Part shown: piece by piece, positions 50,110 through 61,248 of the stretch | How the letters are laid out: each line of letters begins with the position of its first letter | Numbering within the stretch: the stretch's first letter is position 1 | Source: Octopus vulgaris | Taxonomy: Eukaryota | Reading direction: 5' to 3' | Assembly: GCA_951406725.2 (NCBI GenBank) | Contig: OX597816.1 | Location: 168,268,001-168,332,000 of the forward strand | DNA length: 64,000 bases | Made by a program: the position numbers and the translations under genes | The notes under the pieces: generated by a model | What the model was told of the DNA's origin: nothing | What the model saw: only the letters and a program-made list of their open reading frames with translations | The model's database searches: none

Positions 50110-51113
50110 AGGCGCAGGAGTGGCTGTGTGGTAAGTAGCTTGCTAACCAACCACATGGTTCTGGGTTCAGTCCCACTGCGTGGCATCTTGGGCAAGTGTC
50201 TTCTGCTATAGCCCCGGACCGACCAATGCCTTGTGAGTGGATTTGGTAGACGGAAACTGAAAGAAGCCTGTCGTATATATGTATATGTGTGTATGTGTGT
50301 GTGTTTGTGTGTCTGTGTTTGTACCCCTAGCATTGCTTGACAACCGATGCTGGTGTGTTTACGTCCCCGTCACTTAGCGGTTCAGCAAAAGAGACCGATA
50401 GAATAAGTACTAGGCTTACAAAGAATAAGTCCCAGGGTTGATTTGCTCGACTAGAGGTGGTGCTCCAGCATGGCCGCAGTCAAATGGCTGAAACCAGTAA
50501 AAGAGTAAAAAAGAGTTATATAATCTAAAAGGTCAGAATATTTTAGCAATGAGACATGGGAAAAAGTATCTAAAAAGTTCTGGGAACTCAAAACTCCATG
50601 ACAGAATGTTGGATGCTGTACAAGTGTTGAGTAAACCCGGGTGATTGTGCATGATTTTGTGGTTATGGACATACGAGTAATAAATGACTTAAGTAGGGAA
50701 TGTTTATTTAACACTTTAGCATTTAAACCAATCATATAGGCGCAGGAGTGGCTGTGTGGTAAGTAGCTTGCTAACCAGCCACATGGTTCCGGGTTCATTC
50801 CCACTGCGTGGCACCTTGGGCAAGTGTCTTCTACTATAGCCTCGGACCGACCAAAGTGAGTGGATTTGGTAGATGGAAACTGGAAGAAGCCCGTCGTATA
50901 TATGTATATGTATGTGTTTGTATGTATATTTTTGTGTGTCTGTGTTTGTCCCCCCCACCATTGCTTGACAACCGATGGTGGTGTGTTTATGTCCTGTAAC
51001 TTAGCGGTTCCGCAAAAGAGACTGATAGAATAAGTCCTGGGGTCGATTTACTCGACTAGAAGGCGGTGCTCCAGCATGGCCGCAGTCAAATGACTGAAAC
51101 AAGAGTAAAGAGT
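50110..51113 (+). mobile_element. Two SINE family A copies (50110-50515, 50738-51113)
   Basis: Family A head and tail. The second is nested in a TTAA MITE. Confidence 0.85.
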
Positions 51114-51316
51114 ATATCTGGCCAAAATATTCTACCTGTCTCATGTTCAAACTGGCCAGATCTAACCTCTCACATCTACCCTACAATGACATTCTAAAAA
51201 TAAGCGATTACATCATTGTAAACTCAGGGCTATGATATAAATGCAGGATTAATTCAAAGCAATGTGGATAAATAAGCATTACATCTGACAGAATAATCGG
51301 AATGCTCAAGGGTTAA
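50708..51316 (+). mobile_element. piggyBac-like TTAA MITE, interrupted by a SINE
   Basis: TTAA-cactttagcattt ... aatgctcaaggg-TTAA. The interior matches 52286-52504. Confidence 0.7.
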
Positions 51317-51931
51317 AGCTAAGAAATATTTTTATTTTTTAAGGGTGTAGTGGGTTTACATCTATCAGCGCCACCTGACTGGCGTCCGTGTCGGAATTGC
51401 ATAAAAATAAATTATTAAATATTTGGTGTATTGTAGAAGTAAAACCAATTTGTTGTCCATGCTGCCAGGGTTGGATGGTTTGACCAGGGCTGGCAAGCTG
51501 GAAGGCTGCACCAGACTCCAGTCAGATTTGGGTTTCTACAGATAGATGTCCTTCCTAATTCCAACCACTCCAAAAGTGTAATGGGTGCTTTTATGTGCCA
51601 CCGTCATTGGTGCCATTTGCATGACACCAGTATTTGCCGGCGAGCTGGCACCAACCGATCGTGGCCGCTTGCCAGTATCCTCTGGCCCCTGTGCCGGTGG
51701 CACGTAAAAAGCACCCACTACACTCACAGAGTGGTTGGCGTTAGGAAGGGCATCCAGCTGTAAAAACACTGCCAGATCAGACTGGTGCCTGGTGCAGCCT
51801 CCTGGCTTCCCGACCCCGGTCGAACCGTCCAACCCATGCCAGCATGGAAAAACGGATGTTAAATGATGATGATGATGATGATTCTGATATAAATGTAACT
51901 ATTTACCTGATGTTCTCTTAATCCCTTTCAG

Positions 51932-52106
51932 TTATGGACCACGGGAAGTTACACGCCGAGAGGAATTTAGTATGAAAGGTCAACTGACATGTGAGTTAAA
52001 GTTTGCTACATTCTCATGCAAACTTCGCCGACAGCATCAACCTGATAGTCAAGAGAAAGACTACTCTATACAGTTACTTGAGGCACTTGAACCAGCAGTT
52101 TGTTTG
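51932..52106 (+). CDS. EXOSC6: EXOSC6 coding exon 4
   Basis: Acceptor ccctttcag, donor gtaatt. Encodes YGPREVTRREEFSMKGQLTCELKFATFSCKLRRQHQPDSQEKDYSIQLLEALEPAVCL (EALEPAV as in MTR3). Phase 2 to 0. Confidence 0.95.
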
Positions 52107-52285
52107 GTAATTAATATACTATATATTAAAATTTTTGATTATTTTATATGGTTTCAAATAAAATATTTTAAGGGTAGAAGTATGGTGAATTGAATATTCC
52201 ACATACTTTTAATATACTGGCAGTATTTGTTTTTATTAACCCCCAAAGTGTTGAATTCAGAATGTGCTAAAGGACCTTTCTAAAT

Positions 52286-52504
52286 TTAACCCTTTAGTGT
52301 TTAAACCGGCCAAAATATTCTACCTGTTTTATGTTCAAACTAGTCAGATATGGTCATTCATAGCTACCTTATTGTGTCATTTAAAAAATAAACAATCACA
52401 ACATTGAAATCTCAAAGCCATGAAATGATGCAAGATTAATTTTTACATGCTGTGAATACATAAGCTTTACATTTTACAGAATAATCTGAATGCTAAAGGG
52501 TTAA
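52286..52504 (+). mobile_element. piggyBac-like TTAA MITE
   Basis: TTAA-CCCTTTAG ... CTAAAGGG-TTAA. Confidence 0.85.
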
Positions 52505-52811
52505 GGCATTTTATTTGGCACTCCACCAATTCTGCCATCTACTTCTCTTGAAATTGTCAAAAGATTAAAACATGGCAAACTCCTAATTTTGATCAGTATG
52601 TTGTTAGTGCAACTAATTCATTAGAAAGGGATTCAGAAGATTTATGTTAAACACTGTAATTCACAGCCTTTGATTTTGGTATTAACTCCTTATTGTAGTC
52701 TGTAGGTGTGTTGGATGCCAACTTGTAACATAATTATTGAAAAACAGAAAAATCATATTTTAAGGGGAAGTGGATTCTTAGAGGAAAAGTAATTACTGAG
52801 TATTTAATTAT

Positions 52812-53135
52812 GTGCCGGTGGCACGTAAAAAGCACCATCTGAATTGTGGCCGATGCCAGTGCTGCCTCGACTGACTTCCGTGCCGGTGGCACGTAAAATG
52901 CACCAATCCGACCGTGGCCATTGCCAGCCTCGCCTGGCACCTGTGCAGGTGGCACGTAAAAAGCACCTACTACACTCACGGAGTGGTTGGCATTAGGAAG
53001 GGCATCCAGCTGTAGAAACATTGCCAGATCAGACTGGGGCCTGGTGCAGCCTTCTGGCTTCCCAGATCCCCGGTCGAACCGTCCAACCCATGCTAGCATA
53101 GAGAACGGACGTTAAATGATGATGATGATGATGAT
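52812..53135 (+). mobile_element. RTE 3' UTR fragment
   Basis: Family of 56430-56943. Further copies lie at 51650-51881 (+), 57143-57340 (-), 57527-57790 (-), 59884-60356 (+) and 60720-60960 (+). Confidence 0.85.
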
Positions 53136-53139
53136 TAAT

Positions 53140-53369
53140 TTAACCCTTTAGTGTTCACATTATTCTGCCAAAATCAATCCTTTTTTATCCACATTGTTTT
53201 GAACTAATCAGTCATTAATCTTGTAGCTATGAGATTTTGATGAGGTAGCTGTTAATTTTTTAAACAATATTGTAGGGTTGGTTTAAGAGACCAGATATGG
53301 CCAGTTTGAACATAAAACAAGCAGAATACTTTTGGCTGGATGTGGCCGGTTTAAATGCTAAAGGGTTAA
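53140..53369 (-). mobile_element. piggyBac-like TTAA MITE, inverted relative to 52286
   Basis: Same TIRs and TTAA ends, with the interior reverse-complemented. Confidence 0.85.
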
Positions 53370-54149
53370 CAATCCTTCTCTGGATTCAAATTTTGTAACA
53401 CAGTGTTGCTCAACCATTTTTTTACCTGCGAACCGTTTTGATTTTTATTTTACTTGGATAAACACTCATAACCATTCAATGTTTAAAAGATCCTATTCTA
53501 TTTTTTGCAATTAAATATTTAGGAATTGCATAAAAATAAATTATTAAATACTTGGTGTATTGTAGAACTAAAATCAATTTGTTGTCCATGCTGCCAGGGT
53601 TGGATGGTTTGACCAGGGCTGGCAAGCTGGAAGGCTGCACCAGACTCCAGTCAGATTTGGGTTTCTACAGATAGATGTCCTTCCTAATTCCAACCACTCC
53701 AAAAGTGTAATAGGTGCTTTTATGTGTGCCACCGTCATTGGTGCCATTTGCATGACATCAGTATTTGCCGGCGAACTGGCAGAAACGTTAGCACGCCAGG
53801 CGAAATGCTGAGTGGTATTTTGTCTGCCACTACGTTTTGAGTTCAAATTCCGCCGAGGTCAACTTTGCCTTTCATCCTTTCGGGGTCGATAAATTAAGTA
53901 CCAGTTACGCACTGGGGTTGATGTAATCGACTTAATCCGTTTGTCTGTTCTTGTTTGTCCCCTTGTGGGTAGTAAAGAAATAGGTATTTCGTCTGCTGTT
54001 ATGTTCTGAATTCAAATTCCTTTTCGGGGTCGATTAAATAAGTGCCAGTTGTGTACTGGGGTCGATGTAATCGATTTAATCCGTTTGTCTGTCCTTGTTT
54101 GTCCCCTCTGTGTTTAGCCCCTTGTGGGTAGTAAAGAAATAAGTATTTG

Positions 54150-54995
54150 CCATGACTGTGATTTTACTTGGCTTGATGGGTCTTCTTCTCAAGTATGCAT
54201 AATGGCAAAGGTCTCAATCATTTGTCATTGCCTCCATGAAGCCCAACACTCAAAAGGTGCTTTTCACATGTCACCAGCATCAGCCACCTTGCCTCTGTGA
54301 AGCCCAATGCTTGAAAGGTGCTTTTTATGTGCCACCAGCACAAGTGCCAGTTACGTGGCACCAGCCTCAGCCATGACTATTACTTCACTTGGCTTGACAG
54401 GTCTTCTCAAGCATGGCATATCACCAAAGGTCTCAGTCATTAGTCATTGCCTCCATGAGGCCCAAAGTTGGAAGATTATGCTTCACCATGTCTTCCTGGG
54501 TCTACCTCTACCACATGTTTCCTCCACAGTTTAGAGATTGGCACTTCACACAGCTGTCCTTGTCCATATGCATCACATTACCATACCAGCACTGTCATCT
54601 CTCTTGCACACCACATCTGATGCTTCTTATGCCCAACTTTTCTCTCAAGACGTTTACACTCTGTCGTTCATGCACTGACATTGCACATCCAGTGAAGCAT
54701 ATTGGCGTCATTTCTTTCAAGCTTATGCATGTCCTTGGCTGTTACAGCCCATATTTCACTACTATGTAGCATAGCTATTCACTCACAGACATCGTACAAT
54801 CTGCCTTTCACTCTGAGGGAGAGGTCCTTTGTTACCAGCATAGGTAGGAGCTCTCTGAACTTGACCCAGCCTATCTTTATTCTCACAGCTACACTCTTGG
54901 AGCATCCACCTCCTCTATTAACTTGGTAACCCAGATAACGGAAGCTCTCTACTATCTATAGCTTACCCCCACTGGCAGTTGATGGAGTCTATTTT
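54150..54995 (-). mobile_element. Older RTE LINE 3' fragment
   Basis: Diverged reverse complement of 55720-56330. Confidence 0.8.
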
Positions 54996-55269
54996 CTGTA
55001 TTTTTGCCACTGATTCTTATGCAGAATTAGCACATAATATGAAATTATAGTTCCTAAATTTAACAATAAAAGGACCTGTCAGTGTAGTCAGTCAGCACAC
55101 TTATCACAAAAATAAAAGGTGTGGGTTTGATTCTCACACATTAATGCTCATTTTTCCCCAATATGGGGTCTTATATGCATTTATATTAAACTTTTTTACT
55201 ACAGTCAATATACGGTGGAGGCTCATAATTCTGTATACAAAATTCTTCTTGTATTTTTATATTGTATTT

Positions 55270-56943
55270 TGTTGGGGTCCACCAGGGTTCAGTACTCAGC
55301 CCCCTCCTATTTATCATAGTCCTCCAGGCAATAACGGAGGAATTCAAGACAGGTTGCCCCTGGGAGCTCCTCTATGCTGACGACCTCGCTCTAATCGCTG
55401 AGTCACTATCAGAACTGGAGGAGAAGTTCCAGGTGTGGAAGGAGGGTTTAGAATCGAGGGGCCTTAGAGTCAACCTAGCTAAAACCAAAGTACTAATAAG
55501 TAGAAAGGTAGAAAACCCACAAATATCCTCAGGAAGATGGCCCTGCTCGATCTGTAGAAAAGGTGTAGGTAGAAACTCTATAAGATGTACCCAGTGTAAG
55601 CTATGGACACATAAGAGGTGCAGCAATGTCAAAGGTAGGCTAACTGGGAAGATAGTTTTTGTATGTGGCAGGTGCTCTGGAGCATTGACCTCCGAAAATC
55701 TGCAGAAAACAACTTCTGTCACTTTCCGGGGGAAAAACTAGAAGTAGTTGATAGCTTCCGCTATCTAGGTGACCAAGTCAGTAGTGGGGGTGGGTGCGCT
55801 GAAAGTGTAACTGCTAGAATAAGAATAGCCTGGGCAAAGTTTAGGGAGCTCTTACCTCTGCTGGTGACTAAAGGCCTCTCGCTCAGAGTAAAAGGCAGAC
55901 TGTATGATGCATGTGTACGAACAGCTATGCTACATGGCAGTGAAACATGGGCCGTGACTGCTGAGGACATGCGTAAGCTCGTGAGGAACGAAGCCAGTAT
56001 GCTCCGATGGATGTGTAATGTCAGTGTACTTACTCGACAGAGCGTTAGTACCTTGAGAGAAATGTTGTACCTAAGAAGCATCAGTTGTTGTGTGCAAGAG
56101 AGACGATTGCGCTGGTATGGTCATGTGGCGAGAATGGATGAAGATAGGTGTGTGAGAAAGTGCCAATCCCTAGCAGTTGAGGGAACCCGTGGAAGAGGTA
56201 GACCCAGGAAAACCTGGGACGAGGTGGTGAAGCACGACCTTCGGACGTTAGGTCTCACCATGGAAATGACTAGAGACCGAGACCTATGGAAGTATGCTGT
56301 GCGTGAGAAGACCCGGCAAGACTAGTGAAGCCATAATCCGTGGCCCCTACCTGGGACGTAGTCAGTCCACCTGTGCATACCTTCCTTCTTGTGACACTTG
56401 TGAAGACCTGTTGAGGCAAGTGAGAATCGAATCGTATCGAATCAAATCGAACCAAATCAAAATAGATGAACATCAATGGAATTTGTATCCTTGTGGTACC
56501 AGTGCCGGTGGCACATAAGAAAACCATCCGAACGTGACCGTAGCCAGTACCGCAATGACTGGCCTCCGTGCTGAGGGCACGTAACAAACACCATCCGAGC
56601 GTGGCCGTCCGCCAGCCTCGTCTGGCACCTGTGTCGGTGACACATAAGAAAACACCATCCGAGCGTGGCCGTCTGCCAGCCTTGTCTGGCACCTGTGTCG
56701 GTGGCACATAAAAAACACCATCCGAGCGTGGCCGTCTGCCAGCTTCGTCTGGCACCTGTGTCGGTGGCACATAAAATCACCCACTACACTCTCGGAGTGG
56801 TTGGCGTTAGGAAGGGCATCCAGCTGTAGAAACACTGCCACATCTGACTGGCCTGGTGCAGCCTTCGGGCTTCCCAGACCCCAGTTGAACCGTCCAACCC
56901 ATGCTAGCATGGAAAGCGGACGTTAAACGATGATGATGATGAT
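55270..56943 (+). mobile_element. 5'-truncated RTE-clade LINE (RT C-terminal half, 3' UTR, (GAT)n tail)
   Basis: VGVHQGSVLSPLLF, LLYADDL, FRYLG, LHGSETW, RRLRWYGHV, RGRGRPRKTW. One frameshift near 55730, stop at 56325. Confidence 0.92.
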
Positions 56944-58291
56944 ATCATCATCATCCGATTAGCCATTTTTCTGTGCTGGTATAGATCATTGGATTGTCTC
57001 GCTGCAAGGGTAAAATGAGTTGTTGCCCTTTTTGTGGGAAAATGAGTCGTGTGTTTGGGAGAGGGCCGCTATAAACATGGTTATATATATATGTAGCAAC
57101 AAGTTATGAAGATTTCACAGTGATAGCAATTGTCAGTGATCTATCATCATCATCATCGTTTAACGTCCGCTTTCCATGCTAGCATGGGTTGGACGGTTCA
57201 ACTGGGGTCTGGCAAGCCCGAAGGCTGCACCAGGCCAGTCAGATCTGGCAGTGTTTCTACAGCTGGATGCCCTTCCTAACGCCAACCACTCTGAGAGTGT
57301 AGTGGGTGATTTTATGTGCCACCGACACAGGTGCCAGACGATCTATATTAGGTGATAAATATTACGTCTAGTACAGTATGTTGTGGTATATTTCGATTCA
57401 GTGGCAAATTTTGGGAAGCAACTGACAATTTTATCTAATAAAGAGTCATATGCAGAATGAAAGATCTGGAAGTCTAGTCAATTTACACTATAGATCTTCT
57501 TACCATTGCCTCATTACATCTCTAAATCATCATCATCATCGTTTAACGTCCATTTTCCGTGCTAGCACGGGTTGGACGGTTCGACCGGGGTCTGGGAAGC
57601 CAGGAGGCTGCACCAGGCTCCAGTCTGATCTGGCAGTGTTTTCTACAGCTGGATGCCCTTCCTAACGCCAACCACTCCGTGAGTGTAGTGGGTGCTTTTT
57701 ACGTGCCACCAGCACAGGTGCCAGGGGAGTCTGGCAGTGGCCACGATCAGTCGGTGCTTTTTACGTGCCACCGGCACAGGTGCCAGGGAAGTTCACAACT
57801 TATATGTAGGTTGTTCACTCAATCTCCTCCTCACTACAACTCTTCCTCCCTTCTGATACCACTTTTCTTTCTTGCTATGCAGAGCCATTTCATATGTTAG
57901 CCATTCTTCATCCATCAATATTGTTCTCTGCATCCACATATTACAGTGGTCACACCCGTCTCCTCAGACCCCTAAATTATCTCTTCTCATACATTATATG
58001 TCATCTCTCTCTCTTTACCCTGCTTCTGCAGCCTACCAAAACATATCTCTCCTCCCTCTGTCAACTGTATCATTGTTCCTATCCTGCTGCCAGATTCCCT
58101 CTACATTCCCTAACTCGTACAGCTCCCACCCCCATATTGATCCACCCTTCAGCCCTACCCACTCTTTACAGAGGTTACCTACCTCTCCTATTTCCTCGGT
58201 CCCCCCCCCATACACTCTCGCAAATCCCCAAGACACACTTCCTAGCTTCTTTGTCTCCATTCATTTCTACTCACTCGGACCCTTCATCACC

Positions 58292-58690
58292 ACTCTCTTA
58301 CTCTTTTACTTGTTTCAGTCATTTGACTGTGGCCATGCTGGAGCACCGCCTTTAATCGAGCAACTCGACCCCGGGACTTATTCTTTGTAAGCCCAGTACT
58401 TATTCTATCGGTCTATTTTGCCAAACCGCTAAGTGACGGGGACATAAACACACCAGCATCGGTTGTCAAGCGATGTTGGATGGGACAAACACAGACACAC
58501 AAATACACGCACACATACATATATATACATATATACGACGGGCTTCTTTCAGTTTCCGTCTACCAAATCCACTCACAAGGCTTTGGTCAGCCCGAGGCTA
58601 TAGTAGAAGACACTTGCCCAAGGTGCCACGCAGTGGGACTGAACCCGGAACCATGTGGTTCGTAAGCAAGCTACTTACCACACAGCCACT
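58292..58690 (-). mobile_element. SINE family A
   Basis: Reverse-complement copy. Another partial copy lies at 60985-61203. Confidence 0.85.
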
Positions 58691-59578
58691 GGAGATTCTA
58701 CTGGTTCATCCTTACTCTCTCCCCTAAATGTAAGTAACCATGTAACTCCACTACAACCCGAAACTTTTCTACCCCTACCTCTTCTCTCATACCTTAACCT
58801 CCATCTAACATAAGGACATCTCCTACCCCTTTCTTTGTGTTTCGTAGACTTGTGAGTTTCATGATGACCTCAAAAGTGCCAGTGGCACAAAAACAGCATC
58901 CAGTACACACTGTAAAGGGGTTAATGTTATGCAGGGCACCCAGCAGTAGGGACCATGTCGAAGCAGACAACTAGGGCACAATGCAGTGTTTGGACTGATT
59001 GGATTTGACCTATATCAGCATGGAACATGGATGTTAAATGGTGATGATATTTAGATAACAAGGTGGCGAACTGGCAGAAACGTTAGCTCGCCGGGCAAAA
59101 TGCATAGCCGTATTTCGTCTGCCGTTACGTTCTGGGTTCAAATTCCGCCGAGGTCGACTTTGCCTTTCATCCTTTCGGGGGTCGATAAATTAAGTACCAG
59201 TTACGTACTGGGGTTGATGTAATCAACTTAATCCGTTTGTCTGTCCTTGTTTGTCCCCTTTGTGTTTAGCCCCTTGTGGGTAATAAAAAAACAGATATTT
59301 AGATAACAAAAGACTATAACAAGCGGAAAGATGTTATGAGACCTATTGAATTCCTGCCAGCATGGAAAAAATGGATGTAAAATGATAATGTAGTCCAACT
59401 GATTGGCAAACTTTTAATCATTAAAATACCTATATCTATCCTTTGTTTCATATTTTACTACCAGTTCCTGCCTCTTTCGACTAGCAAGCGATGTGCCCCC
59501 CACCCCATCCCCTGAACCCATCTCCTTCCACATGTCATCTCTACTGTTTTATTAGTATGTGAATTATTTATTTTTCAG

Positions 59579-59639
59579 CATAAATTTCCAAAGGCACAAG
59601 TGAATGTATATGCAACAGTTCTAGAAAATGATGGCAGCA
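59579..59639 (+). CDS. EXOSC6: EXOSC6 coding exon 5 (gene continues beyond the window)
   Basis: Acceptor tatttttcag, donor gtaagt at 59640. Encodes HKFPKAQVNVYATVLENDGS, the (Y/F)P.A.....VLE.DGS motif. Phase 0 to 1. No further conserved exon was seen before 64000. Confidence 0.93.
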
Positions 59640-61248
59640 GTAAGTTATTAACTTTTTGGCTTCTTTATTGTCCAAGTTTAAACTTTTCTGCAAGTTTAGT
59701 TCTTTAGTTTGTTTTCACCATTACAGCTGAGGCTATTACTGGAACAGTGTTATTCTAAATGTAAGTAATGCTTGCTCAGGTGTAATGTTATATAGAATGT
59801 GTTGGTTAACCATTTCTACCTTTTAGCACTTTTTGACAATTACATTGGAATTTAGGTTTGCATAAAATCAGATATTAAAATAAGAGAAGACCCGGCAGGA
59901 CAAGTGAGACCATAACCCGTGGCCTCTACCTGGGATGTAGCCAGTCCACTTATGCATACCTTTCCTTCTTGGGACACAAAACTCTACTTGTGAAGACCTG
60001 TTGAGGCAAGTGGAAATCGAAATCGATCAAAATCAATGGAAATTGTAGCTGTGGCACATAAGAGAACCATCCGAACGTGGCCGTTGCCAGCGCCGCCCCG
60101 ACTGGCTCCGTGCCCGTGGCATGTAAAAAGCACCATCCGATCGTGGCCGTTTGCCAGCCTCGTCTGGCACCTGTGCCAGTGGCACGTAAGAAGCACCCAC
60201 TACACTCACGGTGTGGTTGGCGTTAGGAAGGGCATCCAGCCGTAGAAACACTGCCAGATCAGACTGGGCCTGGTGCAACCTTCTGGCTTCCCAGACCCCA
60301 GTTGAACCGTCCAACCCATGCTAGCATGGAAAGCGGACGTTAAACGATGACGATGATACAAGCTATAAACCGTCAGTTTTAATGGCAGGGTATGTAATAC
60401 CTGGGACTCAGTTCTGCAAAAAAGAGTTTTAAAGAAACTGGATGAAATTATTCAAATAATACTCGAAAAATCTTTTTTCTTATAAAGGACTATTTATTTA
60501 GATGACAAGAATGTGCAAGTTATATTCAATTGAATCAGATTTATATACAAATATTCCTTCATTAAAAATGGATTGATTAAGAATATATAGTAATCAGAAA
60601 ATCCAATGCATTCAGGAAACGATGCAATGAATGAATACAGAATAGCTAAATCTTCCATTGGGTCAACCCAACAGGACTCCTTCGGAAGATTTTCTTTTAT
60701 CAAGAATTTCTTTTAGTCTTTCCTTCCTTGGACACGCGAAGACCTGTTGAGACAAGTGAAGTCGAAATTGAATTCGAAATCGAACCTCATCCGACGACTG
60801 GCACCCATGCCAACCTCCCTTCATTGGACACTAAACTCTGCTTGTGAAGACCTGTTGGAGCAAGTGAAATCAGAATCGAAATTGAACCAATCCTATGACT
60901 GGCACCTGGCAGTTGCCAGTTCCGCTGGACTGACTCCTGTACAGGTGGCAAGTAAAGACCCTGTGAAGATGAAGATTTTAAAATAGCGTTGTTAGGGGGA
61001 CAAACACAGACACACAAACACACACATATATATATACATATATACGATGGGCTTCTTTTAGTTTCCGTCTACCAAATCCACTCACAAAGCTTTGGTCGGC
61101 CCAAGGCTATAGTAGAAGACACTTGCCCAAGTTTCTACGCAGTGGGACTGAACCCGGAGCCATGTGGTTGGTAAGCAAGCTACTTACCACACAGCCACTC
61201 CTGGCTTTTATATAGTTTATATAAGAATGTCTCTAGAACACTCTAAAG

